NCBI GenBank assembly: GCA_965237675.1
Contig: OZ250150.1
Location: forward strand, 1,024,001 to 1,088,000
Source of the DNA: Candidatus Latescibacterota bacterium
GTDB lineage: Bacteria > Latescibacterota > UBA2968 > GCA-2709665
DNA: 64,000 nt
Reading direction: 5' to 3'
This document shows, in pieces, positions 61,598 through 64,000 of this stretch. The position numbers and the translations under genes are program-made. Position 1 is the stretch's first letter. Each line of letters begins with the position of its first letter. A model generated the notes under the pieces. The model was not told the DNA's origin. It was given only the letters and a program-made list of their open reading frames with translations, and did no database searches.

Positions 61598-62398
61598 ATG
61601 GGAAATCGGCTGAAGGATAAGGTCGCGATCGTAACGGGGGCCGGTTCGGTCGGGCCCGGATGGGGTAACGGCAAGGCGGCGTCCGTTCTCTTTGCTCGAG
61701 AAGGCGCCCGTGTATTTGCCGTGGACATCACCTCGGAGGCGGCGGAGAAGACCCGTGACATTATCGCACGCGAGGGAGGGGAATGTACGGCCCACACGGC
61801 GGATGTGTCGCGGTCGGAAGACGTGGAAGGCATGGTCGCGCGATGCCTTCACACGTACGACCGTATTGATATTCTGCACAACAATGTCGGCATTCTGCAT
61901 GTGGGCGGTTGCGTTGAACTCAGCGAGAAAACCTGGGATCGCGTGGTCGACGTGAATCTCAAGAGCATGTTTCTGACCTGTAAGCACGTACTTCCACATA
62001 TGGAACGCCGGGGCGGAGGGGCGATCGTGAATATTTCTTCAATTGTCTCGATCCGCTGGCTGGGCGTGCCCTATGTTTCCTACAGCGCAACCAAGGGTGG
62101 GGTGAATCAACTCACCCAGAGTATTGCCATGCAGTATGCCATGAAGAATATCCGTGCGAACGCGATTTTGCCCGGATTTATGAACACGCCCATGGTTGAA
62201 AAATCACTGGCCGAATTCTACGCGCAAGGCGACGTGGAGACGATGATAGAAATTCGCGACAAACAATGCCCAATGGGCCGGATGGGCGATGCCTGGGACG
62301 TGGCCTACGCCGCTCTGTTTTTGGCATCGGACGAGGCAAAATACATCACCGGCGCCGAACTCGTCGTGGATGGTGGGCTGACGTGTAAGGTTGTGTAA
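61598..62398 (+). CDS. SDR family oxidoreductase
   Basis: VTGAGS..GNG, NNVG, YSATK, ITGAELVVDGG. Confidence 0.92.
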   Translation: MGNRLKDKVAIVTGAGSVGPGWGNGKAASVLFAREGARVFAVDITSEAAEKTRDIIAREGGECTAHTADVSRSEDVEGMVARCLHTYDRIDILHNNVGILHVGGCVELSEKTWDRVVDVNLKSMFLTCKHVLPHMERRGGGAIVNISSIVSIRWLGVPYVSYSATKGGVNQLTQSIAMQYAMKNIRANAILPGFMNTPMVEKSLAEFYAQGDVETMIEIRDKQCPMGRMGDAWDVAYAALFLASDEAKYITGAELVVDGGLTCKVV

Positions 62399-62419
62399 CG
62401 CAGCACCGAAGAAGAGGGT

Positions 62420-64000
62420 ATGGCGGAGAAAAACAGCGTCCCGGAAGACCGTGGCGGAGACGCAGCGTCCCACCCGGCGACGCCCGACCGCACGGGCAAA
62501 GGCCGGATGTTGAAGACGTGTCTGTTCGCGACCGGGCTGGCGGGCATCGTCGCGGAATTCGTGCTGTCCACGGTGGCAAGCTATCTGCTGGGAAATACGA
62601 CATTGCAGTGGACGCTGGTGATGTCGTTGATGTTCTTCACGATGGGGTTGGGCAGCCGGCTGAGCCGGTACATGACGGAGCGGTTGCTGGACCGGTTTAT
62701 TGTGATCGAGTTCATACTTTCGGCGCTGTGCGCAACGTCCGCCGCAGCGGCCTATTGGAGTACGGCGTTCGTCGGGGAGGCGAGCGCCGTAATTTATGGT
62801 TACGCCGGATCGATCGGTTTCCTGATCGGGCTTGAGATTCCCCTCGTAACACGCATGAACGACGCCTATGAGGCGCTGCGTACCAATATTGCGTCGGTTA
62901 TGGAGAAGGACTACTACGGCGCACTGGCGGGTGGGTTGTTATTTGCATTTTTCGCGTTGCCGAAGCTGGGACTGACCTATACGCCCATTGCCCTGGGAAC
63001 GGTGAATTTCGCTGTTGCCTCCGCGTTGCTGTGGCGATATCGAGGGTTGCTGGCGCGCCCGGCGGCGCTGATCGCCGCGTTCTGGATCACCGCGGCGGGA
63101 CTGGTTGCGCTGGGCATCTATATGAAGCCGATTGTGCGTTTCGGCGAGCAGAGCCGGTATCGGGACCGGGTGATTTACGAGACGCAGACTCCCTACCAGC
63201 GGATCGTGATGACGGAATGGAAAGGGTATCACTGGTTATATCTGAACGGGGGATTGCAGTTCAGCACGTACGACGAAGAAAGGTACCACGAACCGCTCGT
63301 GCATCCGGCGATGGCACTGGCGTCATCCAGGGAACGGGTGCTGATTATGGGTGGGGGCGATGGACTGGCGCTGCGGGAAGTATTGAAATACGGCGACGTG
63401 AAACGGGTGACGCTGGTGGACCTGGATCCTGAAATGATCCGGCTGGCGCGAACCCATCCCGTATTCGTGGACGCGAATGCCGGGGCGTTGGAAGATAAAC
63501 GGGTGCGGGTGGTGAACCGGGACGCGGGTCGATTTCTGGCGGACGCCGAGGAGATTTACGACGTTATTCTCATTGATTTGCCGGACCCGAAGGGGCCGGA
63601 CCTCGCCCGATTGTATGCAAAGGAATTCTACTCGGCTTGCAGGCGGCATCTCTCCCAATATGGAATTCTCGTGACGCAGAGTTCAAGTCCTCTCCACGCC
63701 AGACGGGCGTTTCTGTGCGTGTACCAGACCCTGAAAGCGGCAGGATTCCACGTCGTGCCCTACCATAACGCGATTCCGACCATGGGAAATTGGGGATGGC
63801 ATCTGGGCATGAAGGCGGAGGTGATTTCCGAAACGGACTTGAAGCGGCGGGCACTCGCGTTGGATTTTTCAGACGTCGAAACGGTCTTCCTGAACCACGA
63901 GGCGATGGCGGGCATGTTGCATTTCTGGAAGGGGATGTTCGATGGCATATCCGACGTGGCGGTGAATACGGAATTGGCGCCGGTCGTGGATCGGTACTAC
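62420..64000 (+). CDS. speE: Polyamine aminopropyltransferase (spermidine synthase) with N-terminal membrane domain, partial
   Basis: Open from ATG 62420 to window end (missing from the ORF track because no stop is reached); GLEIP, QTPYQRI, YHEPLVHP, GGGDGLALREVLK, IDLPDP. Confidence 0.9.
   Translation, partial: MAEKNSVPEDRGGDAASHPATPDRTGKGRMLKTCLFATGLAGIVAEFVLSTVASYLLGNTTLQWTLVMSLMFFTMGLGSRLSRYMTERLLDRFIVIEFILSALCATSAAAAYWSTAFVGEASAVIYGYAGSIGFLIGLEIPLVTRMNDAYEALRTNIASVMEKDYYGALAGGLLFAFFALPKLGLTYTPIALGTVNFAVASALLWRYRGLLARPAALIAAFWITAAGLVALGIYMKPIVRFGEQSRYRDRVIYETQTPYQRIVMTEWKGYHWLYLNGGLQFSTYDEERYHEPLVHPAMALASSRERVLIMGGGDGLALREVLKYGDVKRVTLVDLDPEMIRLARTHPVFVDANAGALEDKRVRVVNRDAGRFLADAEEIYDVILIDLPDPKGPDLARLYAKEFYSACRRHLSQYGILVTQSSSPLHARRAFLCVYQTLKAAGFHVVPYHNAIPTMGNWGWHLGMKAEVISETDLKRRALALDFSDVETVFLNHEAMAGMLHFWKGMFDGISDVAVNTELAPVVDRYY

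Overview
GC-rich bacterial chromosomal window; taxonomy cannot be established from sequence alone. 1-4.5 kb: type I restriction-modification hsdM, a Zn-dependent alcohol dehydrogenase and a GNAT (all minus strand). 5-33.1 kb: a co-oriented, about 28 kb bioenergetic supercluster behind a near-consensus sigma70 promoter: nuoA-CD-E-F-G-H-J-K-L-M, then a complete group-3-type Mrp Na+/H+ antiporter block (mrpE-F-G-B1-B2-C-D1-D2-orf-D3), then nuoN and a full H+-type F1Fo ATP synthase operon ending in a terminator. nuoB and nuoI are absent from the window. Three related 162-165 bp palindromic MITE/ERIC-like elements sit at junctions in this cluster, one exactly where nuoI normally lies. 33-64 kb is accessory-like: a nitroreductase, several toxin-antitoxin modules with damaged or missing toxins, Fic, Yip1, two heparinase II/III-like lyases (one frameshifted), an about 790 bp direct duplication with REP clusters flanking a YihY gene, a run of hydrolase/aminotransferase genes headed by a triple-DUF5069 protein, CutC, and a lipoprotein-DUF350-SDR-membrane SpeE operon that runs off the window end. 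No tRNA, rRNA, CRISPR array or transposase was recognised. Family calls come from motif recognition, not database searches.
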